From: Bdellovibrionota bacterium | GTDB taxonomy: Bacteria > Bdellovibrionota_C > UBA2361 > OMII01 | Reading direction: 5' to 3' | Assembly (NCBI GenBank): GCA_044360225.1 | Contig: JBIKKR010000001.1 | Span: 1 to 60,134 of the forward strand | DNA: 60,134 nucleotides | Shown: positions 46,793 through 55,912 of the stretch, one piece after another | Numbering within the stretch: position 1 is the first letter of the stretch | Layout of the letters: each line of letters opens with the position of its first letter | Program-made: the position numbers and the translations under genes | Notes under the pieces: model-generated | The model's input: only the letters and a program-made list of their open reading frames with translations | Told to the model about the DNA's origin: nothing | The model's database searches: none

Positions 46793-48727
46793 ATGAAACG
46801 GACCAAGAGGAGCACACGTGTGGGGACCGAATCCCTCCCTCGTACTGACGATTCTGCCCACTCTATTTCCACCACAGAGGCTGCGATATCGACCTCGGCT
46901 CCCTTGTCTCTTACCTGGCGAGCTCTTCCACCCATTTTTGCTATCGTTGCACTGTGCGCTGTAGTCGGGATATTCCCGATTGAAACTGAGGACGTCTTCT
47001 CTCATGTGGTAACCGGGGGCTACCTGTGGCAACACCGCCACGTTCCCTCTGTTGACCCCTTTTCCTATACCGGGCCTCACAAGTGGTTGCTCAGCCACCC
47101 CTTACTACCATTGTTTTTCTTTGCTGCTCACGCGACAGCTGGGGTGCCAGGAATTCAGATCGTGTGCGCGATTGTCGTGGCTCTCACGTACTCCTTAAGC
47201 TATTGCATCTGGGAGCGGCGGACCGAAATGCCGCTGACTTCATTTGTGGCGGTGGGTCTTGCCATTCTGTGTTCCTGCTACTGGTTCGATACACTCACGT
47301 ACTGCTTCGGATATCTGCTTGCTGCCGTATACCTACTGCTAATTACATCCTCTTCTCGCCGAGCAATTCTATGGACCATTCCACTCCAAGTAGTGTGGGC
47401 AAACACCCACCCAAGCGCTGCGATCGGAGTTCTTTTGGTCACCGTGTGGTGCGTAGGGCGCGCACACATTCTTAAACAAATCGATTGTCACGGAGCTACC
47501 GTTACCCTAAGCGTTCTTGCTGCAAACATCCTCAATCCCTCGGGGGTAGCGATCTACCAACGCATGTTCGATGCTCTACGCAGTCACCAACTCTCTCCGA
47601 GCGACCCGTTACGTTCTACTCCCCTCGCATGGCTAGCTCCATGGGATCCCCTGGTGGCATCGGAGCCGCAGTCGTGCTGGTTCTTTGCTTCACTGATCAT
47701 CACGGCACTTCTTGTGCGCACACAGATCACTTATTGGCAACGTATAAAAAATTCACAGAACCAATCCCGACAAACCGTCACACTTCTCGCTACTGCAGCT
47801 TTATTGGCACTCTCACTCGTGTCATCTCGCCACATTCCAATATACTACCTGTGCTTGCTAGGACTGGCTCTGACTACCTTCAAATATGTTGTCAGCCAGC
47901 CGTCAGGAGAGTACGTACGAGCGATCAAGCAACACTACCGGATCATCTCCTGGGGGGTAGTGTGTGGTACCACTCTGCTTATTGTCCGAATGACGTTGTT
48001 TGGCTACCTCAGTGGTGATGTCGACCGTCGTATCGGCTTCGGCATTCATGCGCGTACCTTTCCCGACAAGCCGATACAGATCCTCAAGGATGCTTCTCTT
48101 GAGGGAAATGTATTCACCGAACACAGCTCTGGCTCATACTTTTTGTATCAAGCCTTTCCTCGGTACAAGGTGTTTCTCGATAGCACTCGATTGGGTGAGG
48201 TCTATAGCGACTCGTTCTTTGCTCACTATCTACTGCTTGAAAATCACGTTGATGTCCTACGCAACGATATTGCGAGGTACGACATGCGAGCGTTTATCCT
48301 GCCACTCCCCCGTTCAGAGATCTCCATTCCAGCTATGCATCGATTACTATCTGCAGATCCTGCGTGGAAACTCGCCTACTTTGACGATTCCTACATGCTA
48401 TTTATCCAAGCCGATGAGGCGCGGGCCCGAAACATTCCAACGTTTTCTCACCTCAATCCGTTTGCCAATATCTTGCAGCTGATCAAGAGATCTCCCGAGG
48501 TTGATGCGCCCCTCTTTGAAGATTTAAACAGAGCGCGACAGATCGCGCCCACCTCAATCTCGGTTTTGGTATTACACGTGCTCTACCATCTCGCCAAAGG
48601 AGATATGCAACGAGCCAAGGAGTCAGCGCTTCAGATAGAGAACTTCTGCCAAAAGTACGATCCTACTACAGAGTGTCGAAAGATCGCGTCACCTCAACTT
48701 GCTCGATTCCGAGAGATACTTGGATAA
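46793..48727 (+). CDS. polytopic membrane protein with C-terminal periplasmic domain (GT-C-like), paralog 2
   Basis: It is transcribed divergently from paralog 1. The ATG at 46793 (MKRTKRS) is preferred over the longer ORF from 46724. Confidence 0.7.
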   Translation: MKRTKRSTRVGTESLPRTDDSAHSISTTEAAISTSAPLSLTWRALPPIFAIVALCAVVGIFPIETEDVFSHVVTGGYLWQHRHVPSVDPFSYTGPHKWLLSHPLLPLFFFAAHATAGVPGIQIVCAIVVALTYSLSYCIWERRTEMPLTSFVAVGLAILCSCYWFDTLTYCFGYLLAAVYLLLITSSSRRAILWTIPLQVVWANTHPSAAIGVLLVTVWCVGRAHILKQIDCHGATVTLSVLAANILNPSGVAIYQRMFDALRSHQLSPSDPLRSTPLAWLAPWDPLVASEPQSCWFFASLIITALLVRTQITYWQRIKNSQNQSRQTVTLLATAALLALSLVSSRHIPIYYLCLLGLALTTFKYVVSQPSGEYVRAIKQHYRIISWGVVCGTTLLIVRMTLFGYLSGDVDRRIGFGIHARTFPDKPIQILKDASLEGNVFTEHSSGSYFLYQAFPRYKVFLDSTRLGEVYSDSFFAHYLLLENHVDVLRNDIARYDMRAFILPLPRSEISIPAMHRLLSADPAWKLAYFDDSYMLFIQADEARARNIPTFSHLNPFANILQLIKRSPEVDAPLFEDLNRARQIAPTSISVLVLHVLYHLAKGDMQRAKESALQIENFCQKYDPTTECRKIASPQLARFREILG

Positions 48728-48740
48728 TTCCTACCCTCGA

Positions 48741-50273
48741 CTACTGAGCTATTGAGCAGCTCAACGGCTCACAGTGCTCACGTCCAATTACAACCTGAGC
48801 GCGAGCTCCTGCAAGTGCCGGCTTGCGATAGAAGAGGAAACCTACCGAACCAAGAGCGCTCGGATTGTTGAGCTCCTCGATGTAGTGCAAGAAACTACCG
48901 GGCCGGTCCTCAAGCGTTACCAACTCATCCCTGTAAGAATGTGCCACTGGAGCGCCGACCTGTAGAAGTGCGTGCTGGCCACTCCGCAGTAGGATTGAGC
49001 CAGGAAAGGATTGTGTTATCTTGCGATCCAAATCCTCTAGCATCTCTTGCTCCAGATCAAAATCAACCCTCAGCGTTCCTGTTGTAGACCCGACGAATTG
49101 CTTATAGGTCAGACCGGTTATGTTGTAATCCTTGACCACAGAAAGAAACGTTCGCAGCTGTCCGGGCTTCTCAGGAATACGCACATCATAGGCACAGCGA
49201 ACATGCGTTGAGGTGCTCGGATTCGATGTGAGCAAAACCGTATCGTCAAAAACCTGCTGGTCGACATTACGACCCGATATGAGAGCATAGGAAAGGGCTG
49301 ACTCACCCTGATCGAATAGGTTGAGGCGACGAGCATAGGCCTCGCCCGCAAGTGCCAGCGCACCTGACGCCTCCAGTCGGTCTCCCGTAGCCTGAAAGTG
49401 GCTGTGCATCGTATAAACTATCGCATCGTGCGGGATAAGCAGTATACGGTCGAGGAGTGGTGCCAGCGAGATGAAGGTATTCCCAACCAGGGCCACACGA
49501 GTTCCATCGGCGATCGTGTCTGGCACTGCTCGAACCGGGCGCCCAAAATAAGTTCCGAGCAGTGATGCCGGCGAGCTCTCATCAATAACACCAATGATCT
49601 CTGGCGTCGGTAATCGGTCTGGCCACGCATTCTTGATAACACTGGCGATCCCTCCGGCAAGCCCCCCACCTCCGACCGGCACAAAGATTCGTACCCGGGA
49701 AAAAGCTCTGGAGTTACTGAGCTCGAGCGCATGTCGAAGGATCTCAACCCCGATCGTACCTTGACCGGCGACAACGGACTCCTGATCAAATGGGTGAACA
49801 AAGCTCGCTTCTTGTCCTCGGGCGCGAAGATCGCTACGAGCTGCGGCGAGGCATGCATCAAACGTATCGCCAACCCGAGTAACTGTAGATCCGAAGGCCT
49901 CGATTTTATCAGTCTTAGCCTTTGGCGCGTTTTCAGGAACGAATATCCGCGCTTGTAAGCCAAGGAGTTGGGCAGCATAGGCGAGACCGGCACCGTGATT
50001 ACCTGCGGATGCCGTACATACAGCGTATTGTCCGGCGTTTTTCGCGGCCAAAGCTCCCGCCAGGGCGCCACGAACCTTGTATGCTCCCGTCTTATTTCGG
50101 GTTGCATCAGTAACGATCAAACCTGTTTCTGTGGGAGCGGAGAAGCGCATCTTGATGTTGTACTGCTCCATTACAGGCATGAGCGCGTGAGAAAGTCGCG
50201 AGATATCACGACTCAAGCGAACATAAGATTCAGCTGAGGATGGTGCAGCTTCTTTACAATGCGGGAGTGACAT
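48741..50273 (-). CDS. ilvA: biosynthetic threonine ammonia-lyase (threonine dehydratase) with C-terminal regulatory domains
   Basis: GAYKVRGA carries the PLP lysine. ASAGNHGAGLAYAA and VPVGGGGLAGGIA are present. The ~510-aa length includes a duplicated ACT-like tail. Confidence 0.85.
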   Translation of the reverse strand: MSLPHCKEAAPSSAESYVRLSRDISRLSHALMPVMEQYNIKMRFSAPTETGLIVTDATRNKTGAYKVRGALAGALAAKNAGQYAVCTASAGNHGAGLAYAAQLLGLQARIFVPENAPKAKTDKIEAFGSTVTRVGDTFDACLAAARSDLRARGQEASFVHPFDQESVVAGQGTIGVEILRHALELSNSRAFSRVRIFVPVGGGGLAGGIASVIKNAWPDRLPTPEIIGVIDESSPASLLGTYFGRPVRAVPDTIADGTRVALVGNTFISLAPLLDRILLIPHDAIVYTMHSHFQATGDRLEASGALALAGEAYARRLNLFDQGESALSYALISGRNVDQQVFDDTVLLTSNPSTSTHVRCAYDVRIPEKPGQLRTFLSVVKDYNITGLTYKQFVGSTTGTLRVDFDLEQEMLEDLDRKITQSFPGSILLRSGQHALLQVGAPVAHSYRDELVTLEDRPGSFLHYIEELNNPSALGSVGFLFYRKPALAGARAQVVIGREHCEPLSCSIAQ

Positions 50274-50322
50274 AATTATAACTACAATATAAAGGCCCGT
50301 ACGGGCGGGTATCTATCAGACG

Positions 50323-50370
50323 AAAAAAGAGTGGCCGGGGTGCTGGGAGAAGATCGCCTAAACGGCCACC
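50323..50370 (-). terminator. terminator-like hairpin plus U-tract in the ilvA leader
   Basis: On the minus strand the sequence is GTGGCCG-(24 nt)-CGGCCAC followed by TCTTTTTTCG. The 5' arm lies inside the last codons of the leader ORF. Confidence 0.45.
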
Positions 50371-50399
50371 GTCTCCATCATAATTGAAATGATAATCAT
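50358..50399 (-). promoter_or_regulatory. candidate Ile-rich leader peptide ORF (MIIISIMMETVAV) upstream of ilvA
   Basis: The minus strand reads ATG ATT ATC ATT TCA ATT ATG ATG GAG ACG GTG GCC GTT TAG, with 4 Ile in the first 6 codons. It lies ~85 nt upstream of the ilvA ATG. The SD is weak. Confidence 0.4.
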
Positions 50400-50514
50400 C
50401 GAGGCCGCCGCGGTAAGGGGAGCGCTGTACGATAGCGATGGGCGGATACAAGACACCATATACTGTAAAAGTAGCTAACTTTCTGGGCTTGGTCAACGAC
50501 AGGGGGAAATCTTG

Positions 50515-50662
50515 CCAGGACGCCGCAGTTCTCACGATATCTACTCGAAATGGGGGTTTCGATAAGGGTACACATGCGGGCGAGCGCTGCACAGCTCAAT
50601 AAAAACAACTATTCCCGCGCATTTGTGGCCTTTTAAAATCGACGAGAACTGCGATGTCCTGG
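50515..50662 (+). mobile_element. MITE-like foldback element, copy C
   Basis: The terminal inverted repeats are ccaggacgccgcagttctc (50515-50533) and gagaactgcgatgtcctgg (50644-50662), matching at 17 of 19 positions. The left and right arms align with copies A and B. Confidence 0.7.
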
Positions 50663-50756
50663 GAAGTCTGTTTTGAACAGGATACAGCTACTTGCAAATC
50701 GCTATACGTCCCCAAACAATCTGAAACGACCAGAATTCACCTAAATCGGTCCCCTC

Positions 50757-51980
50757 TCACCCAATCAAAAACAGCCCGTACAGGTACTGAACCACCGATA
50801 TGCCTGCAAAAACAAGCACGATCTGAATCGACCAACGACTAATCCCCATAGCAACCAAAATCAAAAGAAACGGAGCGTGGTCGAGGGTGTAACGAGGCCC
50901 GATCTGAGACCACCCAGTGCCGCACAACATAAGACTCGGAAGAGCTATCGATGCAACCGTCAACCAGAGTCCCCATATCATTGGCCAGCACTCCCTCTTC
51001 GCTTTGATTGCAAAGAACGCTCCGAAGTACAGCGGAGTCATCAGGAATAGAGATGCCCCCATAAGGGTGTTTGATGACGCTGGATATGGATAGGCGAGGT
51101 AGTGATAAAAAAAGTTGCGCCCAAAAAAGTGCACACTAAACAATCCGTACGTATTGATATCTGCAAAGAGGGAGAGATCCGCTCGATGGTATCTCAATCC
51201 GTTTTCTAACGGCGATCCAAAGCGCGCATAGTTGTACATGCTCAGCAGCATAACGAGAAATCCAAGAACTGCGAGCGCGGGTGCTACAGCGATAGCCGAC
51301 TGAGTCTGCGTTAAGGAGCGCTGACGAGCACGTACATAGATCAGAGCCAAGAGCCACACAACTGCTCCCAGCACCGACGCTCTACTCAAACACGCCATCC
51401 CCATCAGTAAAGCGGCGATCATATAGTCACGCCAAGACGGCTCTGGTCGAAGCGCTAGAATAAGCGCGGTTGTAACAAAAAGCGTAGTAAAGAGCTGGCC
51501 TACATACCAAACCGTTCCATCTAACGCTAAAGGTACCAGCGGTGAGCCAAATCCGTATACACCTGTGAGAAGCAACATCTTTGGTAGAGAAAGTCCGTGA
51601 AGACGTCTGGTGGTTTCCAGCAGGACAAACACGGCCGTTGTATTCAACGTGGCTAAGCCTATCGTAAGCCATACATCAGACCAGTCCGCGCCGAAGAGAA
51701 ACACCAGAGGCACCAGAGCTACCGCCGGCATCGGACCCCAGTACAGAAAGAGCTTGCCATTAAAAACACTGAGATCGAGTGTGTCTGGTAGATGTCGAAC
51801 CAACGATAGGCTACCGTGCAAAAAAGCCTCGGCCAGGTACATATGGTAGTTGTAGCGCCCAGCACGCGATGAGGTAACCACATTGACGTGTAGATACATG
51901 TACCCAGCAAGAGCCGCGGCTGCTACTGTAATGGCGATCAACGCGGTATGCACTCGATGAGGTTGTGTCGCTCTACTCAT
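50757..51980 (-). CDS. GT-C-type membrane glycosyltransferase-like protein (PMT_2/ArnT-like)
   Basis: The ATG at 51980 (MSRATQPHR) precedes the first TM. YHMYLAEAFLHGSLSL...DLSVFNGKLFLYWGPMPAV is the typical first-loop region of this family. About 11 TM segments are present. Confidence 0.6.
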   Translation of the reverse strand: MSRATQPHRVHTALIAITVAAAALAGYMYLHVNVVTSSRAGRYNYHMYLAEAFLHGSLSLVRHLPDTLDLSVFNGKLFLYWGPMPAVALVPLVFLFGADWSDVWLTIGLATLNTTAVFVLLETTRRLHGLSLPKMLLLTGVYGFGSPLVPLALDGTVWYVGQLFTTLFVTTALILALRPEPSWRDYMIAALLMGMACLSRASVLGAVVWLLALIYVRARQRSLTQTQSAIAVAPALAVLGFLVMLLSMYNYARFGSPLENGLRYHRADLSLFADINTYGLFSVHFFGRNFFYHYLAYPYPASSNTLMGASLFLMTPLYFGAFFAIKAKRECWPMIWGLWLTVASIALPSLMLCGTGWSQIGPRYTLDHAPFLLILVAMGISRWSIQIVLVFAGISVVQYLYGLFLIG

Positions 51981-52126
51981 ATCTATTGTTGTTTTCGCAC
52001 CTGATAAAGATAGAGTTGCGATAGGTCCATCTGACCTTGCTACATCACCGCCAGGATTGTGGCAATAGGAGGAAAGAACCTTGCCGACCCGCTCAACCCA
52101 TGGTACCTCGTGAAGGTAGTCCACCT

Positions 52127-53086
52127 ATGAGTACACCCCAGAAACAGAGCACACCACCGGAGCGATCACGGTTATTCGCCATGGTCACTACGGCTACGTC
52201 CAGAGAATACACGCCACATGCGCTCAAGAGCTTTTTCGAAACGACTCCGCTCCGTGACAGAGACGCGGTAGTTCTCATCAATAACGATGATCCAGAAGTC
52301 TACAACCGCATACCCTTGAACGGAGTGCGCACCGAACTGGTGAATAACTCCACACCGAAGAGCTTCGCTGCAAATGCAAACGCTATGGTTGACCGAGCGT
52401 TAGCAACCGAAAGCGATCTCTTCTTTATGAACAATGATATCATCTACGCTGACGAGTGGCTGACTCCGCTTCTCGGCCATGATCAGGCGATCCTCTCACC
52501 GGTATCGAACCGTGAGGTGCAGTACGCCGGTAGCGCCGTTGTGGTTAGTACGCAACACGTAGCGACTACGATGGTGCTCAAAGCCCCGATGGAACTCTCT
52601 CAGTACCTTGAGTCACCACGTATGTTTCAGGCTCTCGCCGAAGCTCATCGAAAAACAGGGGGTGGCTACCTGCCGCTCCTTGTATTTCCGTTCTTCTGCG
52701 TAAAGATTCCGTTGCCGATTCTGCACGCCGTCGGCCGATTCGATGAGACATTTGGTCGTGCAGGAGGCGAAGACTACGATTACGCTCTCCGTGCCTGGCT
52801 TGCAGGATTTGAAGTCAAACTGGCGCTCAGTTCCTACCTGCTACACTTTTGGGGCAAGTCAACATGGACCGTTCAAGATAGCTCATCCACGTCTCCAAGC
52901 TATGACACGAGCTTCCTTCAAAAATTTGAAGCTAAATGGGGTAGCTCGCTCCATCGTTACATATTTTTAGACGATGACTCCGAGGTATCTGCCGATCCAG
53001 AGCTATGTTCGCTACGCGATGCTAACAACATACAGGCGTTTATCGCGCGTCTGATGAAGGAGCCTGTACAGATAAAACTGGGGTAA
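52127..53086 (+). CDS. GT-A fold glycosyltransferase (family 2-like)
   Basis: The ATG at 52127 is used. FAMVTTATSREYTP, VLINNDD, FFMNNDI and GGEDYDYALRAWLAGF are present. It is divergent from the GT-C gene. Confidence 0.65.
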   Translation: MSTPQKQSTPPERSRLFAMVTTATSREYTPHALKSFFETTPLRDRDAVVLINNDDPEVYNRIPLNGVRTELVNNSTPKSFAANANAMVDRALATESDLFFMNNDIIYADEWLTPLLGHDQAILSPVSNREVQYAGSAVVVSTQHVATTMVLKAPMELSQYLESPRMFQALAEAHRKTGGGYLPLLVFPFFCVKIPLPILHAVGRFDETFGRAGGEDYDYALRAWLAGFEVKLALSSYLLHFWGKSTWTVQDSSSTSPSYDTSFLQKFEAKWGSSLHRYIFLDDDSEVSADPELCSLRDANNIQAFIARLMKEPVQIKLG

Positions 53087-53103
53087 CAGCTGCATTTTTC
53101 CGT

Positions 53104-53125
53104 GTAGAGGGGCTACTCAGCCCCT
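53104..53125 (+). repeat. GTAG-prefixed hairpin (REP-like unit or terminator of the GT gene)
   Basis: GTAG is followed by AGGGGCT-ACTC-AGCCCCT, a 7-bp stem with a 4-nt loop. No U-tract follows. It lies on the 5' side of the RAYT-like gene. Confidence 0.4.
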
Positions 53126-53269
53126 GTTCCGGCAGGTGGCTATCTTGACCGCATATCGGCCACCCCAGAGCAGCTTTTTCAGCCTAGGGGATGGCACGAC
53201 GAAACTTTCAGTCGACCACTTTCGATATAAGAGTATCGAGAGTATCGAATCTGAAAACGGCATCTGGAT

Positions 53270-54235
53270 ATGAAATATCACCCTAACGGCAGTGTTCTAT
53301 TTGTGACCTTCACAGTTGAGGAAGGATTACTGCTTTTGAGCAACCCGCTATGTCTAGCTATTATTCAAAGCTGCCTTGCAGCTGCCCAGAGTTTATACCC
53401 TGTAAGGATCTCGCACTTTCTGGTCGAAGCGACGCACATTCATCTGGTCATCACGGTGTACAATCCAGAGCATGTACCTGCCTTTATGAGGCATTTTAAG
53501 ACCGAATCGGCCCACATGATAAACTCGCTTCTTGGGCGAAAGAAGAGAACTCTCTGGTGCGAGGGGTACGACAGCCCCACAGTGCTCACCTTTGCAAAGG
53601 CGATGATGGTTATCGCCTATATCTATTCTAACCCAGCAAAGGACAGCCTCGTGCCCTCAATTGATGAGTATCCAGGATTCTCATCCTGGAGGATGTTCAC
53701 GGAGGGACAGTGCGTCAAGGTTTGGAAACGTTTGCGCAGACCTCAGTTCCGAGCCCTTACCAAAGACAGCCACAACCTCCGAGGCTATACTAAGGAAGCA
53801 GCCAGGCTTCTTGCGGATTCATCGGAACTACAAAACTTCAAGCTTGAACCGAATGCCTGGCTTGAGGTCTTTGGTGTAACAGATCCGATAGAGCAGCAGC
53901 GAATGAACGCCAGAGTTATTGAACGGGTCCGAACTCTTGAGGGCCGCGCAGCGCGTGCGCGCGAACGGGAAAAGAAAAGCGTCATAGGCCGTGAACGACT
54001 CATTACTCAGCGATTTGATCTTACCTATCGTCCCAGTAGAAAGGGGAAAAGGATGTGGTGTCTTGCTGAGAGACGCGCCATTAGAATGGCGTACATCCGG
54101 ATGTTCAAGAAATTGAAGCAGGAAGCCAGAAGAGTTCTTGCCCTATGGAGACAGGGAGATATGACTGAGAGATATCCTCCAGGATTATATCCACCATCGT
54201 TTCCGAAGTTAGCCAACGTCCTTGTAGTGTCCTAG
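53270..54235 (+). CDS. HUH/Y1 tyrosine transposase, REP-associated (RAYT)-like, IS200/IS605 TnpA superfamily
   Basis: 321 aa. The HUH motif is ATHIHLVI. The catalytic-Tyr block IAYIYSNPAKDSLV follows the YxxxNP pattern typical of RAYTs. A basic C-terminal extension is present. Confidence 0.75.
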   Translation: MKYHPNGSVLFVTFTVEEGLLLLSNPLCLAIIQSCLAAAQSLYPVRISHFLVEATHIHLVITVYNPEHVPAFMRHFKTESAHMINSLLGRKKRTLWCEGYDSPTVLTFAKAMMVIAYIYSNPAKDSLVPSIDEYPGFSSWRMFTEGQCVKVWKRLRRPQFRALTKDSHNLRGYTKEAARLLADSSELQNFKLEPNAWLEVFGVTDPIEQQRMNARVIERVRTLEGRAARAREREKKSVIGRERLITQRFDLTYRPSRKGKRMWCLAERRAIRMAYIRMFKKLKQEARRVLALWRQGDMTERYPPGLYPPSFPKLANVLVVS

Positions 54236-54315
54236 GACGTCTATATACCACACGAGTGCGTTCTCCGATTCGCAGGGCAGAGGTGTATCTACTGCGCAGC
54301 TTTTTTATGATCAGA

Positions 54316-54587
54316 GTGGCCTATTCCTTGCCGTTTTGGATCTCTCGTGACCCCGACCGGATCAGGCCGGCACTCAGTAGCCGGGCTACAGTCTCAAAAG
54401 TGGCCTATTCCTTGCCGTTTTGGATCTCTGGTGACCCCGACCGGATCAGGCGAGCACTTAGTAGCCGGGCTACAGTCTCAAAACTCCGACCGGATCAGGC
54501 GAGCACTTAGTAGCCGGGCTACAGTCTCAATCTGCCTCCTGAAACCGGATCAGGCGAGCACTTAGTAGCCGGGCTACAGTCTCAAAA
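54316..54587 (+). repeat. REP-like repeat array (84-bp tandem duplication; four ~43-nt units containing GTAGCCGGGCTAC)
   Basis: The units lie at 54357-54399, 54441-54483, 54490-54530 and 54545-54587 (ccggatcaggcgagcacttaGTAGCCGGGCTACagtctcaaaa). The block 54316-54399 is near-identical to 54400-54483. The array starts 20 nt after a ~60-nt unique flank that follows the RAYT stop. Confidence 0.85.
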
Positions 54588-55184
54588 TCGGGCCAAATAC
54601 TGTGCTCCTAGCGGCGTCCGTTCTGAAGGTTTTATGATCACCGTACATCCCACTGCGAGAGCCGGCGCCATTTTCCAAAATATTGAAGGAAACGGAAAGT
54701 TCAATGGAAGTATCTGCGCGCAAACACCTACCGGCTCTCTTCTAATGGAGTGGTTGGTATGTGATATATGACGCTCTCGACAATGATGTTCTACATTAGA
54801 CGCATAATATCGAAGTAATTCACTGCTATGAGGAATATCCCAGGCCTTCACTCCTTTTAGTAGTCGTCCACTCGTCAGTGATTCCAGTAGTGCAAGTTCG
54901 TCACTGTGAGCATCTATCAGATCCGCGAGGCGACAGAGGTACTTTCCTCTTTCCGAATAAGTCATCTTAGGCCATGGCCCACTATCAAAAGCGTCTCGTG
55001 CAGCAGTTATAGCAGCAGATGCGTCTCGCTTTCCACCAACTGCAAACTCCTTAATTTTTTCTTCAGTGGTAGGATCTTTCACAATGAGCGGCATCTCTTC
55101 GACTAGAGAAATAAATTCTCCTCTGACGAAGGGTTGAGAGTTGAGGGTAGGGATTATCTTCTCCAGAATTCGCTGTCTTACCAT
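54582..55184 (-). pseudogene. aldehyde dehydrogenase, N-terminal ~200 aa only
   Basis: ALDH-family blocks are present (ITAARDAFDSGPW, ERGKYLCRLADLI, REPVGVCAQILPLNFPF, APALAVGCTVIIKPSERTPL). The frame runs into REP unit 4 and stops there. The catalytic Cys/Glu half is absent. Confidence 0.75.
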
Positions 55185-55260
55185 AAGGGACCTACTACAT
55201 TAGCCTTACTGAATGTGCGCTCTGGCGTGTGCTCAGCAGCAAGAAGCGCAGATGCACCGA

Positions 55261-55686
55261 CTACCGCTCAAGAAACGGATTTCTTACCCTCACGCCGTTG
55301 ATAACCTGAGAATCAGCGAGATCTTCGCTGAGAAGAACCTTGCAACCACTTGATCGCGCTGAGACAACTATAAGGGCATCCCAGAAGGAGATCCTAGACA
55401 ACACACTACAGTCTATCGCGCTCAAAATTAGTTCAATGTTGACCGAGACGAAATCGAGTTGATGGAGCATCTCAACTACCCTCTTGGCCGCCAGTGGATC
55501 TACACTGAGCTTCTTGGTTGCTATCACGTAGAATTCCTGTGCAACCTGAGTTGATACCACCCCCAGCCCAGATCGTATCAAGTCCCGCAGGATCGAACGG
55601 GCCTTCTGCCGTCGCACTCGATCACTGCGATCAATGGCGTACAACAGAATATTAGAGTCAATGAAAGTCCTAACGTCGGTACGCAT
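55261..55686 (-). CDS. vapC: PIN-domain toxin VapC
   Basis: The ATG at 55686 gives MRTDVRTFIDSNILLYAID, which carries the PIN first acidic residue. The ~140-aa size and the upstream small antitoxin gene fit a VapBC pair. Confidence 0.75.
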   Translation of the reverse strand: MRTDVRTFIDSNILLYAIDRSDRVRRQKARSILRDLIRSGLGVVSTQVAQEFYVIATKKLSVDPLAAKRVVEMLHQLDFVSVNIELILSAIDCSVLSRISFWDALIVVSARSSGCKVLLSEDLADSQVINGVRVRNPFLER

Positions 55687-55912
55687 CCTCCCTCTTCCAC
55701 GATCTTCCCCCGCTGTCTCCCCGCGCGGCATCGAGCGCTTCCAGAATCTCTTCGGCGATATCGCTTCCGGTCTCGTCGACAACTTTATCGCGCAGGAACT
55801 CCCTAAACATCTCGTTGATTGAGGTACCCTTTAGCTTGGCATACCGCCGTCCCGCGTTAAGCAGATCTTCATCTAAAGAGATCGTTACATTCTTGTTTTT
55901 CATACGCCTCAA
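55670..55912 (-). CDS. vapB: VapB-type antitoxin (RHH/CopG-like)
   Basis: 80 aa with N-terminal KNVTISLDEDLLNAGRRYAKLKGTSINEMFREFL. It overlaps the vapC start. Confidence 0.65.
   Translation of the reverse strand: MRRMKNKNVTISLDEDLLNAGRRYAKLKGTSINEMFREFLRDKVVDETGSDIAEEILEALDAARGDSGGRSWKREDAYRR

Noticed and set aside
54316-54587. Possible CRISPR array (four ~43-nt repeats).
   Set aside because: The gaps between units are 41, 6 and 14 nt, and the first gap is itself part of an 84-bp tandem duplication. There are no unique spacers of regular length and no cas genes. The units contain a GTAG palindrome and lie next to a RAYT-like gene, so a REP-like array fits better.
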